Shown one piece after another: positions 28,710 to 37,159 of a stretch of 64,000 nt of DNA. Within the stretch, counting starts at the first letter, position 1. Every line of letters begins with the position of its first letter. Made by a program: the position numbers and the translations under genes. Below the pieces are notes generated by a model, which was not told the origin of the DNA, made no database searches, and saw only the letters and a program-made list of their open reading frames with translations. Source of the DNA: Candidatus Edwardsbacteria bacterium. Lineage in GTDB: Bacteria > Edwardsbacteria > AC1 > EtOH8. The DNA lies in NCBI GenBank assembly GCA_020053305.1, contig JAGVNJ010000074.1, positions 7,348 to 71,347 on the forward strand, read 5' to 3'.

Positions 28710-29951
28710 ATGATCCAAATATTAAAATATCTCAGTTTAGCAACAATACTTGGCATTTGGAGCCTTTATGGCAATAATTATCTTTTTGCGGCCGAACAGC
28801 CTGATAGCGAAGCCGTTCATACAGTTTGGACCAGCCCGGAGTTGGACGGGGATGTGTTGGAGTTGTTCTTTAGTCCTGATACAAATATTCTATATCCCAA
28901 TAAAGCATTGATATTTAGAGAAACATATTGGTATAAGTTAGTTTATTTTAACAGTGGTGGCGGCATAGTTAAAACGACAACATTAGCAACAAGAAGCGAA
29001 AAATCTTGGGATATACCATGGGCAATTAGCTGGACGCCTGATGGTAAGAAGTTCTGCGTTTCAAGTCAATATATAGGCTCAGCAAGCAGGTATGATATAC
29101 GATACAAATATATTGTTTATGACGAAGCTGGTACGGAATTGCTTTTTAAAAGTAATGCAGGTATCACCAATGAAATCAGCCCTGACGGGAAATACATATT
29201 GACCGTTAACGGGGGTAAGGGAATGGTTGAATTATATGACGACAAAGGCAGGTTGATAAAAGCCATTGATAAACCGATTGGATATGGTGAAGGTATTGGT
29301 CCTACGGGCAAGGTACAATTTGCTGGCAATAAAATATTCGTCTTAATGGAAGATATGAAACCGAAGTATAGTTTTTATGCTATAGATCAAAAAGGAAAAT
29401 TATTATTCAAATTAGAGAATATTAATGGTCGTGAAGAAGTCGCTGATTTCATAGCCTCAAACAAAGGTGATTTTATTGTTTTAAATTCGGGGAATCCCTA
29501 TAAGGGGGATTTAAGAAAATATAATAATAACGGTAAAATGGTGTGGCAAATAAATACGGAAGTAGGGCAACTAGGACTTGTGCTAAGTGCTAATGATAAA
29601 TACCTTTTTGCATATACTGACGGTGTTTGTTTTATGGTCAATACGGATACAGGTGAATTTGTACGAATACAGGATAGAAGAATTGGTACCAGCGGAAGAA
29701 AGGTAATAGTTTTTGATAATGGTACTGCGATGTTCACTCAAAATGAAAATAATTTGGCATTTATTAATAAAGATGGGCAATTTGAAATGGAAGAAATGCC
29801 GGGTTTGCCATTTTCAAGATATATTAATTTAAAAAGGGGCATATTTATTAGTATAGAATCCAAATACGATGAGCTTCAAAAAATGATAATTAAAAAAGCA
29901 GGCTCGAAATATATTGATAGGTTAAAGAAAGTAAGCGGTGACTCAAAATAG
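28710..29951 (+). CDS. secreted beta-propeller-like repeat protein (PD40/WD40-like), hypothetical
   Basis: Signal peptide and repeated ..SPDGKY..V.. blades; AT-rich relative to flanks. Confidence 0.5.
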   Translation: MIQILKYLSLATILGIWSLYGNNYLFAAEQPDSEAVHTVWTSPELDGDVLELFFSPDTNILYPNKALIFRETYWYKLVYFNSGGGIVKTTTLATRSEKSWDIPWAISWTPDGKKFCVSSQYIGSASRYDIRYKYIVYDEAGTELLFKSNAGITNEISPDGKYILTVNGGKGMVELYDDKGRLIKAIDKPIGYGEGIGPTGKVQFAGNKIFVLMEDMKPKYSFYAIDQKGKLLFKLENINGREEVADFIASNKGDFIVLNSGNPYKGDLRKYNNNGKMVWQINTEVGQLGLVLSANDKYLFAYTDGVCFMVNTDTGEFVRIQDRRIGTSGRKVIVFDNGTAMFTQNENNLAFINKDGQFEMEEMPGLPFSRYINLKRGIFISIESKYDELQKMIIKKAGSKYIDRLKKVSGDSK

Positions 29952-30579
29952 AGATAAAATAAAAATCCCTGAATCGGCCATTCGCCGCCTGTCTATGTAT
30001 TTCCATCACCTGGCCTCCCTGAAGGAGCTGGGCGTGGTCACCATCTCATCCCGGGAGATCGCCTCGGTATATGGACTAGAACCGTTCCAGGTGAGAAAGG
30101 ATCTATCCTATTTCGGGGCCTTTGGCCGCCGGGGCCGGGGGTACAATGTCGCCAAACTGATGGACAAACTGGGCGCTATCCTGGGATTGGATCGCAGTTG
30201 GAATATGTGCCTGGTGGGGGCCGGCAATATCGGACTGGCCATGTACCGCTATCAGGACTTCAAACAGCGGGGCTTCAACATCGTGGCGGTGTTTGATTCC
30301 GATCCCAAAAAGGAGGGTCAGACACTCAAACCGGGGATGACCATTCAACCGATGGACCAGATCGAACAGACCGTCAGCCAAAAAAAGATCCAAATAGGCA
30401 TTATAGCCGTGCCGCCCCAGGCCGCCCAGGCGGCGGTCGACAGGCTGATCAATGCCGGTATTAAAGCCATCCTGTTCTTCCCCTCCAGCCAGGTTTCGGT
30501 AACAAAGGGGATCGCTTTACGGAGGGTCAACCTGGGTCTGGATCTGGAATTTCTCAGTTATTCGCTTACCAATAATTAA
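29938..30579 (+). CDS. rex: redox-sensing transcriptional repressor Rex
   Basis: N-terminal winged helix (IPESAIRRLSMYFHHL) and a Rossmann motif GAGNIG. Confidence 0.85.
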   Translation: MTQNRDKIKIPESAIRRLSMYFHHLASLKELGVVTISSREIASVYGLEPFQVRKDLSYFGAFGRRGRGYNVAKLMDKLGAILGLDRSWNMCLVGAGNIGLAMYRYQDFKQRGFNIVAVFDSDPKKEGQTLKPGMTIQPMDQIEQTVSQKKIQIGIIAVPPQAAQAAVDRLINAGIKAILFFPSSQVSVTKGIALRRVNLGLDLEFLSYSLTNN

Positions 30580-30590
30580 ATATAAGGATT

Positions 30591-31976
30591 TTGCATCAAA
30601 TGGATCAGCATATCGTCATCATCGGCGGGGGCCCGGCGGGATACGTGGGGGCCATCAGGGCCGCCCAGCTGGGGGCCAAGGTTACTTTGATTGAAAAAGA
30701 CACTTTGGGCGGAACCTGCCTTAACGTGGGCTGTATCCCCACCAAGGCCCTGCTGGCATCGGCCGCTATCATGCAGCATATCAAGACCGCCGGGCAGTTC
30801 GGGATCAAATCGGAAGGCATCAGTTTCAATTGGGCTGAGATCCAAAAACGGAAGGACCGGGTGGTCAAAAAAGCCACTGCCGGGGTGGGCATGCTCCTGA
30901 GATCCCGGCAGGTGGAGGTCATAAAAGACTCGGCCCGCCTTTCAGGAACGGGAAAGATACTGCTGGAATCCGAAGGCCGAGAGGTCAAATACGATAAATT
31001 ACTGATAGCCACCGGCTCACAGCCGGTGACACCGCCCATCCCCGGAATCGACCTGCCCGGCGTCTTGGACAGCACCGGATCCCTGGCGTTGGATGAAATA
31101 CCGGAAAATATTTTGATCATCGGCGGCGGGGTGATCGGCTGTGAGATGGCTGAGATATTCAGCACTTTCGGCTCGAAGGTGACCATGGTCGAGATGATGC
31201 CCCAGCTGATCCCAGGGGAGGACTTGGAGGCAGTGGAAGTGCTGTATAAAGCGCTGGTCAAAAAAGGGATGGATATTAAGCTGGGCACCCGGGTGAACGG
31301 CCTTATACAAAAAGGACATTTGCTCACTGCCGAAGTGATCGAAAAAGATGGAAGCAAAATAAATATTGAGGCCGCCAAGGTGTTGGTTTCAGTGGGCCGC
31401 AAAGCATCGATTCAGGGCCTGGGGTTGGAGGAGGCCGGGATCGCCCTTGAAAAAGGCTACATCAAGGTCAACGACCGGATGGAATCCAATGTTCCCGGCG
31501 TATATGCGGCCGGGGACTGCATCGGCGGATGGCTGCTGGCCCATGTGGCTTCACGCGAAGCGGAGATAGCGGTGGAGAACATGCTGGGGCATGATACCAT
31601 CATGCAATACCATGCCGTGCCCCGCTGCGTCTATACCCATCCGGAGATAGCCTCGGCGGGTGGGCCGGCCGCCCGGCAGGCGGATAAAGATATCCTAACC
31701 GGCAAGTTTCCCTTCTCGGCCAGCGGCAAGGCCAGCTGTATTGGAGAACTGGAGGGTTTTGTCAAGATCATGGCCGACAGGGAAACCCATCAACTTCTGG
31801 GGTGCGTTATCGCCGGGCCCAATGCCACCGAGCTGATCTCCGAGGCCTCGCTGGCCATATCCAGCAGGCTCAAGCTTGAGGACATGATCCAAACCATACA
31901 TTCCCACCCCACCCTCCACGAGTCGCTCCAGGAGGCGGCGCTCAATGCGCTGGGCCGGGCCATTCACCTGCCCTGA
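30591..31976 (+). CDS. lpdA: dihydrolipoyl dehydrogenase
   Basis: GGGPAGY FAD motif, the redox-active disulfide GGTCLNVGCIPTK, and the HPT dimerisation motif. Confidence 0.9.
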   Translation: MHQMDQHIVIIGGGPAGYVGAIRAAQLGAKVTLIEKDTLGGTCLNVGCIPTKALLASAAIMQHIKTAGQFGIKSEGISFNWAEIQKRKDRVVKKATAGVGMLLRSRQVEVIKDSARLSGTGKILLESEGREVKYDKLLIATGSQPVTPPIPGIDLPGVLDSTGSLALDEIPENILIIGGGVIGCEMAEIFSTFGSKVTMVEMMPQLIPGEDLEAVEVLYKALVKKGMDIKLGTRVNGLIQKGHLLTAEVIEKDGSKINIEAAKVLVSVGRKASIQGLGLEEAGIALEKGYIKVNDRMESNVPGVYAAGDCIGGWLLAHVASREAEIAVENMLGHDTIMQYHAVPRCVYTHPEIASAGGPAARQADKDILTGKFPFSASGKASCIGELEGFVKIMADRETHQLLGCVIAGPNATELISEASLAISSRLKLEDMIQTIHSHPTLHESLQEAALNALGRAIHLP

Positions 31977-31991
31977 AGACAAAGGAGTCCC

Positions 31992-33476
31992 ATGAAAAAG
32001 AACATCCTGGCATTTTCCCTGCTGGCCTTTTTTTCCTGCAGCAGCCCGCAGCAGCAGACCTTGCGGATAGCCATCAGCGAAGGACTGATCAGCTTTGACC
32101 CCCATACCCAGGACGAGCTGGTCACCATGGAGGTTCTGGGCAATGTCTACGAAACCCTGGTATCTTTCGATGTCGACATGCAATTCGTGCCGATGCTGTG
32201 CACCGGATACAGCAACGTCACCGACCGGGCCTGGCGTTTTTATATCAGGCCGGGGGTGAAATTCCATAACGGTAAATCCCTGTCGGCGGCGGATGTCATC
32301 TACAGCCTGGGCCGGGCCAGGAACCACCGGGCATCGGTCTTTAAAAGCATGCTGGCCGGGATCGATAGTATACAAAAAGTGGACAGCCTGACCGTCGAGA
32401 TATCAACCGCCAAACCGCGCCCCAACCTGATAAACACCCTGGCCATGATAAGCATCATCCCCGCCCAATCCGATCCGGCAAAACAGCCGGTAGGCACCGG
32501 GCCCTATTCCGTCGCTGTATTCAATGGCCGGGATATCCTGTATCTGGACAAGTTCAAGAGTTATTGGGGCGAGGAGCCGTTCTTCAATAAAGCGGAGTTC
32601 CATATAATCCCGGAGGATTCCCTGCGGGTGGAAAAACTGCTGAGCGGCAAGATGGATATCGATGCCAATGTCATGGAAAACTACCGCACCAGGCTGTCCG
32701 GCGATGACAAGATAAACCTGGTGACCAAGCCGGGCGCCACCATTACCATCTTAGGGTTGAATACCTCTGGCAAATTCAATGACAATCCTCTATCCGATAT
32801 CCGGCTGCGCCAGGCGATATCCCTGGCCCTAAACCGCCGGGAGATGGTCGCCAAAGCCTGCCACGGACACGCTGTTCCCGCCAACCAGATAGCAACCCAG
32901 GCCATATTCGGCTATGATCCGGACCTTCCTGAAATTGAGCAGAATATTGAAAAAGCCCGCCTGCTTATTCGCCACTTGAAAGCGCCCGATCCGATCGAAC
33001 TGACCATAATGGTATCGACCGCCGCCTGGTTCGAAGGACAGATCCTGGCGGAATTCCTGGCGCCCATAGGAGTAAAGCTGACGGTAGACACACTATCGTG
33101 GACGGAATTGTATAATTCCATCGAGTCCGGGCAGGCAAAATTTTATCTGATGGGTTTTGCTTACAGTTTCGGAGATGCCAGCGAACTGTTAAACGATATG
33201 GTCCATTCCAAAAGCGGCACCCAGGATTTCGGCATCCGCAACCTGGCGGGGTACATTAATCCCAAACTTGATCAAATCATCGAACAGGCCGACCGCGAGT
33301 TTGATCCGGCCAGGCGTAAGCAGTTACTGCAGGAGGCCATCAGGATAACGACCAACGACCTTCCCTTTATCCCCCTGTATATCCGGGACAGCAGCTACGG
33401 ATTGCGCCAGGGCCTGGCCTGGCAGCAGAAGACAGCTTCGGTTATGCTGGTCAAAGAGATCCACCCTCAAAAATAA
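31992..33476 (+). CDS. ABC-type periplasmic solute-binding protein, family 5 (peptide/nickel type), lipoprotein
   Basis: Lipobox (FFSC) and the SBP_bac_5 architecture. No adjacent permease or ATPase genes. Confidence 0.8.
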   Translation: MKKNILAFSLLAFFSCSSPQQQTLRIAISEGLISFDPHTQDELVTMEVLGNVYETLVSFDVDMQFVPMLCTGYSNVTDRAWRFYIRPGVKFHNGKSLSAADVIYSLGRARNHRASVFKSMLAGIDSIQKVDSLTVEISTAKPRPNLINTLAMISIIPAQSDPAKQPVGTGPYSVAVFNGRDILYLDKFKSYWGEEPFFNKAEFHIIPEDSLRVEKLLSGKMDIDANVMENYRTRLSGDDKINLVTKPGATITILGLNTSGKFNDNPLSDIRLRQAISLALNRREMVAKACHGHAVPANQIATQAIFGYDPDLPEIEQNIEKARLLIRHLKAPDPIELTIMVSTAAWFEGQILAEFLAPIGVKLTVDTLSWTELYNSIESGQAKFYLMGFAYSFGDASELLNDMVHSKSGTQDFGIRNLAGYINPKLDQIIEQADREFDPARRKQLLQEAIRITTNDLPFIPLYIRDSSYGLRQGLAWQQKTASVMLVKEIHPQK

Positions 33477-33496
33477 TCTGTGATGGAGTTAGACCG

Positions 33497-34972
33497 ATGT
33501 TGAGAAGAATCACGGCAATATTACTAATAGGCCTGCTATGCACCTGCGCCAGGAGCAACAACCATGGCGGGCTTCTGCTTTTGGCCATGGAGGACGAGCT
33601 GATAACCCTTGATCCCTATCTGCATGATGACAGCATCGCTCATTCGATACTCGGTAATATTTATGATGCTTTGGTCAGCTTCGACCAGGATATGAAGGTG
33701 GAGCCGGCCCTGGCCATCGGATGGGAAAATCCCGACGACCTCACTTGGAGGTTCATCCTTCGTCCGGGGGTTTACTTTCATAACGGCCGGGAATTCACGT
33801 CAGCGGATGTCAAATACAGCCTGGAAAGGGCCAGACAGGGCAAGGTCTGTCATTACCTCTCCACAATCCAGGGCATCACTGTCATTGATAAATTGACCAT
33901 AGAAATAAAAACCAGCAAACCATCGCCGATCTTATTGAATAAACTGACCTTCATCGCCATTATGCCGGTGAATACCGAGACCCCGGTTACCAGGCCGACC
34001 GGAACGGGGCCCTATCATTTTATAAAACAACTGGCCGGGGACCAGATAGAATTGAAAGCCAACGAAAAATACTGGAAAGGAAAACCGGTGGTTAAACGGG
34101 CGGTTTTCAAGATCATTCCCGACGAACAGACTCGTTTACAGGCTCTGCTTGACGGCCGGGTGCAATTGATCCGTGATGTGGACAAGAACAAGGCCGAACA
34201 AAACCGCGCCAATCCAAAAATATATTTTGTCACCAGCCCCGGCCTGGGGGTCAGCATGCTGGGCATTAATTTCCTTGGGAAAGGCGCCCTATCGAACCGG
34301 AAAGCACGGGAGGCCATTTATTGGGCGATAGATCCGGAGGAGGCCGTAAGAGCCTCCGGCTGGGACGCCCTGCCGATAGATCAGCTGGTTTCACCATACA
34401 TCGTAGGATATAACCCCGACATCGCGGCCCAACGCCCCGACATTGGCAGGGCAAAAAAGTGCTTGGCTGCGGCGGGGTATCCTGACGGGTTTTCGATCAC
34501 CCTGGAAATGTCAAAAACGGCCGCTGCCACCACCGGGGACATTCTGGTCCAGCAGCTGGGCGGGATCGGGATTAAAGTAAAGCTGGTTGGATTGGATTGG
34601 TCCGATTTATCCGGGCGCCTTTACCAAAAGAAGATTCCCTTCTTTCTGGTGGGCTGGTCCTGCGGTTCGGGGGATGCTTCGGATTTTTTTGACGCCTGCC
34701 TGCACAGCTCGGATGAAAAAAATTACGGAAGCGCCAACTGGGGGAACTATCGCAACCGCAAACTTGACGAGATAATAGAAAAAAGCAATCAGGTATTGGA
34801 CAATAAGGAACGGATAGAATTGTTGAAAAAAGCCATGACTATGGCTATGGCTGATTACCCGTTCATTCCGATATTTGCCAGGAACAGGGTCTATGGCGCT
34901 GATAAAAACATCGTGTTTATCCCCAGACAGGACGGGAGGATCAAACTGTTCGAAATATATTACAAGTTATAA
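33497..34972 (+). CDS. ABC-type periplasmic solute-binding protein, family 5 (paralog)
   Basis: Lipobox LLCTC. It is collinear with the upstream SBP (shared segments such as LTWRFILRPGVYFHNG and GTGPY). Confidence 0.8.
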   Translation: MLRRITAILLIGLLCTCARSNNHGGLLLLAMEDELITLDPYLHDDSIAHSILGNIYDALVSFDQDMKVEPALAIGWENPDDLTWRFILRPGVYFHNGREFTSADVKYSLERARQGKVCHYLSTIQGITVIDKLTIEIKTSKPSPILLNKLTFIAIMPVNTETPVTRPTGTGPYHFIKQLAGDQIELKANEKYWKGKPVVKRAVFKIIPDEQTRLQALLDGRVQLIRDVDKNKAEQNRANPKIYFVTSPGLGVSMLGINFLGKGALSNRKAREAIYWAIDPEEAVRASGWDALPIDQLVSPYIVGYNPDIAAQRPDIGRAKKCLAAAGYPDGFSITLEMSKTAAATTGDILVQQLGGIGIKVKLVGLDWSDLSGRLYQKKIPFFLVGWSCGSGDASDFFDACLHSSDEKNYGSANWGNYRNRKLDEIIEKSNQVLDNKERIELLKKAMTMAMADYPFIPIFARNRVYGADKNIVFIPRQDGRIKLFEIYYKL

Positions 34973-35009
34973 AATTATTATACTGGCTACATATCTATAA
35001 ACACAGACG

Positions 35010-36509
35010 ATGTTTAAAAGCATAAAAATAAAACTGGCCATAGCTGCCAGCCTGCTGGTGATAATAATCATATCGGTGTACTCGCTGGTTTCTGTCATGA
35101 CCCGGCGGGAGCAGTTGAAAAAAGAGATACAGGCCGGGGTTGTCTCCTTTGCCCAGATGACCGTGGCTCCCATCTGCCAGAACTATTATGTTTATTATAC
35201 CTCCGGGTACTTCAAGTTCAGGGGCTTATTGGCCAATTATTTCAAGATGAACGACAACATTGTCGAAATCCAGATCATAGATGTTAGCGGCGTGGTTATG
35301 TTCGATTCCCGGCAGATGGATATGGAGCGTTCCGGCATCATTCGGAAGCCCGAATCATATGAACCGGACCTGATGGAGAGGGTGAAAAGGCTGGACCTGA
35401 GCCATAAAATAATCCGCTCTGCCGACAACCAGGAGATAATTTCGGTGGTTATGCCCTATATTGAAGAATGGGGCCGCCATAGATTATCGGTAAGGTTTGT
35501 GGGATCCTTCGCGGCCCTGGGCTATCTGGCCCGTAGCAGTTTAAATCAGGTTTTGATTACCGGCATTATATTTGTATTGCTGGGGAGCCTGCTGGCATAT
35601 TTTATGGCCAAGAGCATTACCGATCCCATCCACCAGCTTACGGTTGCGGCCCGGGATATCGGCGCCGGAAAGCTGGACCATGAAGTGGCGGTCAAAACAG
35701 ATGATGAGATCGGTTCCCTGGCCGATAATTTTAATATCATGACCAGGCAGCTGAAAGGCAATCTGGAGGCCCTGTCCGAGTCCTACGATCGTTTGTCCCA
35801 GGCCAATGCCGAACTGATGGAGCTGGACCGGTTGAAAAGCAACTTCATCGCCAATGTTTCCCATGAGCTTAAAACCCCCCTGACCACTATTTCGGGATAT
35901 GCCGATTATCTGGCCATGGAAAAACTGGGCCCCCTGACCGAGACCCAGCGCAAGGGCATCGATGTAATGAGAAGGAACATCAGGCGGCTGACCAGACAGA
36001 TTAAGGACCTGCTGGATTTCATTACCATCGAGTCCGGACACTTCATCATCGAACAAAAGCCATTCGATATTCGAGCGCTTTTCGAGGAGACGGCCGCCAA
36101 TTACCAGGCGGAGCTGGACAAGAAAAAACTGGAGCTGATCATCGTGGCACCGGAAGCGGTGAATGTCATAGGCGACCGGGAAAGGATACTGCAGGTGGTG
36201 GATAATCTGGTAATGAATGCCCTAAAATTCACTTCTAAGGGGCACATAAAACTAACTGCCGAGGCTGGGCCGGACGGCAAAGCCCGAATCGAAGTATCCG
36301 ATACCGGTGTCGGTATCCCCCAGGAATCGGTCCCCCGGATATTTGAGAGGTTTCACCAGCTGGACGGCTCATCCACCAGGAAATATGGCGGAGTGGGTTT
36401 GGGTCTGGCCATCGTCAAATCTATTCTGGATGCCCATCAAAGCGCCGTCGAAGTCACCAGCCGGTCCGGGAAGGGCAGCAGTTTTACTTTTAAATTGCCG
36501 TTAGAATAA
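35010..36509 (+). CDS. sensor histidine kinase (TM-sensor-TM-HAMP-HisKA-HATPase_c)
   Basis: H-box SHELKTPLTTI and the N, G1 and G2 boxes (DTGVGIP, GGVGLGLAI), with a HAMP domain after TM2. Confidence 0.85.
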   Translation: MFKSIKIKLAIAASLLVIIIISVYSLVSVMTRREQLKKEIQAGVVSFAQMTVAPICQNYYVYYTSGYFKFRGLLANYFKMNDNIVEIQIIDVSGVVMFDSRQMDMERSGIIRKPESYEPDLMERVKRLDLSHKIIRSADNQEIISVVMPYIEEWGRHRLSVRFVGSFAALGYLARSSLNQVLITGIIFVLLGSLLAYFMAKSITDPIHQLTVAARDIGAGKLDHEVAVKTDDEIGSLADNFNIMTRQLKGNLEALSESYDRLSQANAELMELDRLKSNFIANVSHELKTPLTTISGYADYLAMEKLGPLTETQRKGIDVMRRNIRRLTRQIKDLLDFITIESGHFIIEQKPFDIRALFEETAANYQAELDKKKLELIIVAPEAVNVIGDRERILQVVDNLVMNALKFTSKGHIKLTAEAGPDGKARIEVSDTGVGIPQESVPRIFERFHQLDGSSTRKYGGVGLGLAIVKSILDAHQSAVEVTSRSGKGSSFTFKLPLE

Positions 36510-36525
36510 TCAATGGAGGAGCGCT

Positions 36526-36924
36526 ATGCCACCAGATGCTTTGGGTAGGTCCATCATTTTAGCAGTGGACGACGAAGAAGATATTTTAGGGCTGGTTAAA
36601 ATGGTATTGGAGGAAGCCGGTTACACGGTGATAACCGCGCTTTCGGGCCACCAGGCCCTGCAGACACTATACCATACCAAGCCGGACCTGATATTGCTGG
36701 ATATCATGATGCCGGAGCTGGACGGCATGGAATTGATCAAGATACTGAAGATCATGGATTTCTCAGCTATGATTCCGATAGCCATGCTGACGGCCAAAAC
36801 AGATTTCAGCGATCGTATGGCAGCCATTCAGGAGAATGCCGTAGATTACATCTGCAAACCATTTACTCCCCCCGAATTGGTTAAAAGGGTGAAAGAAATC
36901 CTAAAAGGTGGAAACAACAAATAA
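36526..36924 (+). CDS. single-domain response regulator (CheY-like receiver)
   Basis: REC motifs: LAVDDEEDI, the phospho-acceptor in LLDIMMPELDG, and a conserved K in ICKPF. Confidence 0.8.
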   Translation: MPPDALGRSIILAVDDEEDILGLVKMVLEEAGYTVITALSGHQALQTLYHTKPDLILLDIMMPELDGMELIKILKIMDFSAMIPIAMLTAKTDFSDRMAAIQENAVDYICKPFTPPELVKRVKEILKGGNNK

Positions 36925-37109
36925 CGGTATCCAGTTTTGGTTCCTGAATTGGTATTAAATATGCATATAATATGATTTTGGCAGTTATAAATAAATATCT
37001 CCCAAATATTATCTATCAAGCTAACTGGGTGTTTCATTAAGTTTTGCCGGGAATATAATTATTAACAATAAATCTTATTTATAATAAAATGATATAAAAA
37101 GCGATAACT

Positions 37110-37131
37110 CGAATATAGATATTTATATTCG
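37110..37131. promoter_or_regulatory. candidate operator: 8-bp inverted repeat CGAATATA-N6-TATATTCG about 30 bp upstream of the c-di-GMP gene
   Basis: Perfect 8-bp arms inside an AT-rich spacer. Confidence 0.35.
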
Positions 37132-37159
37132 CAAATCACATGATTTAAGGCAGACAACT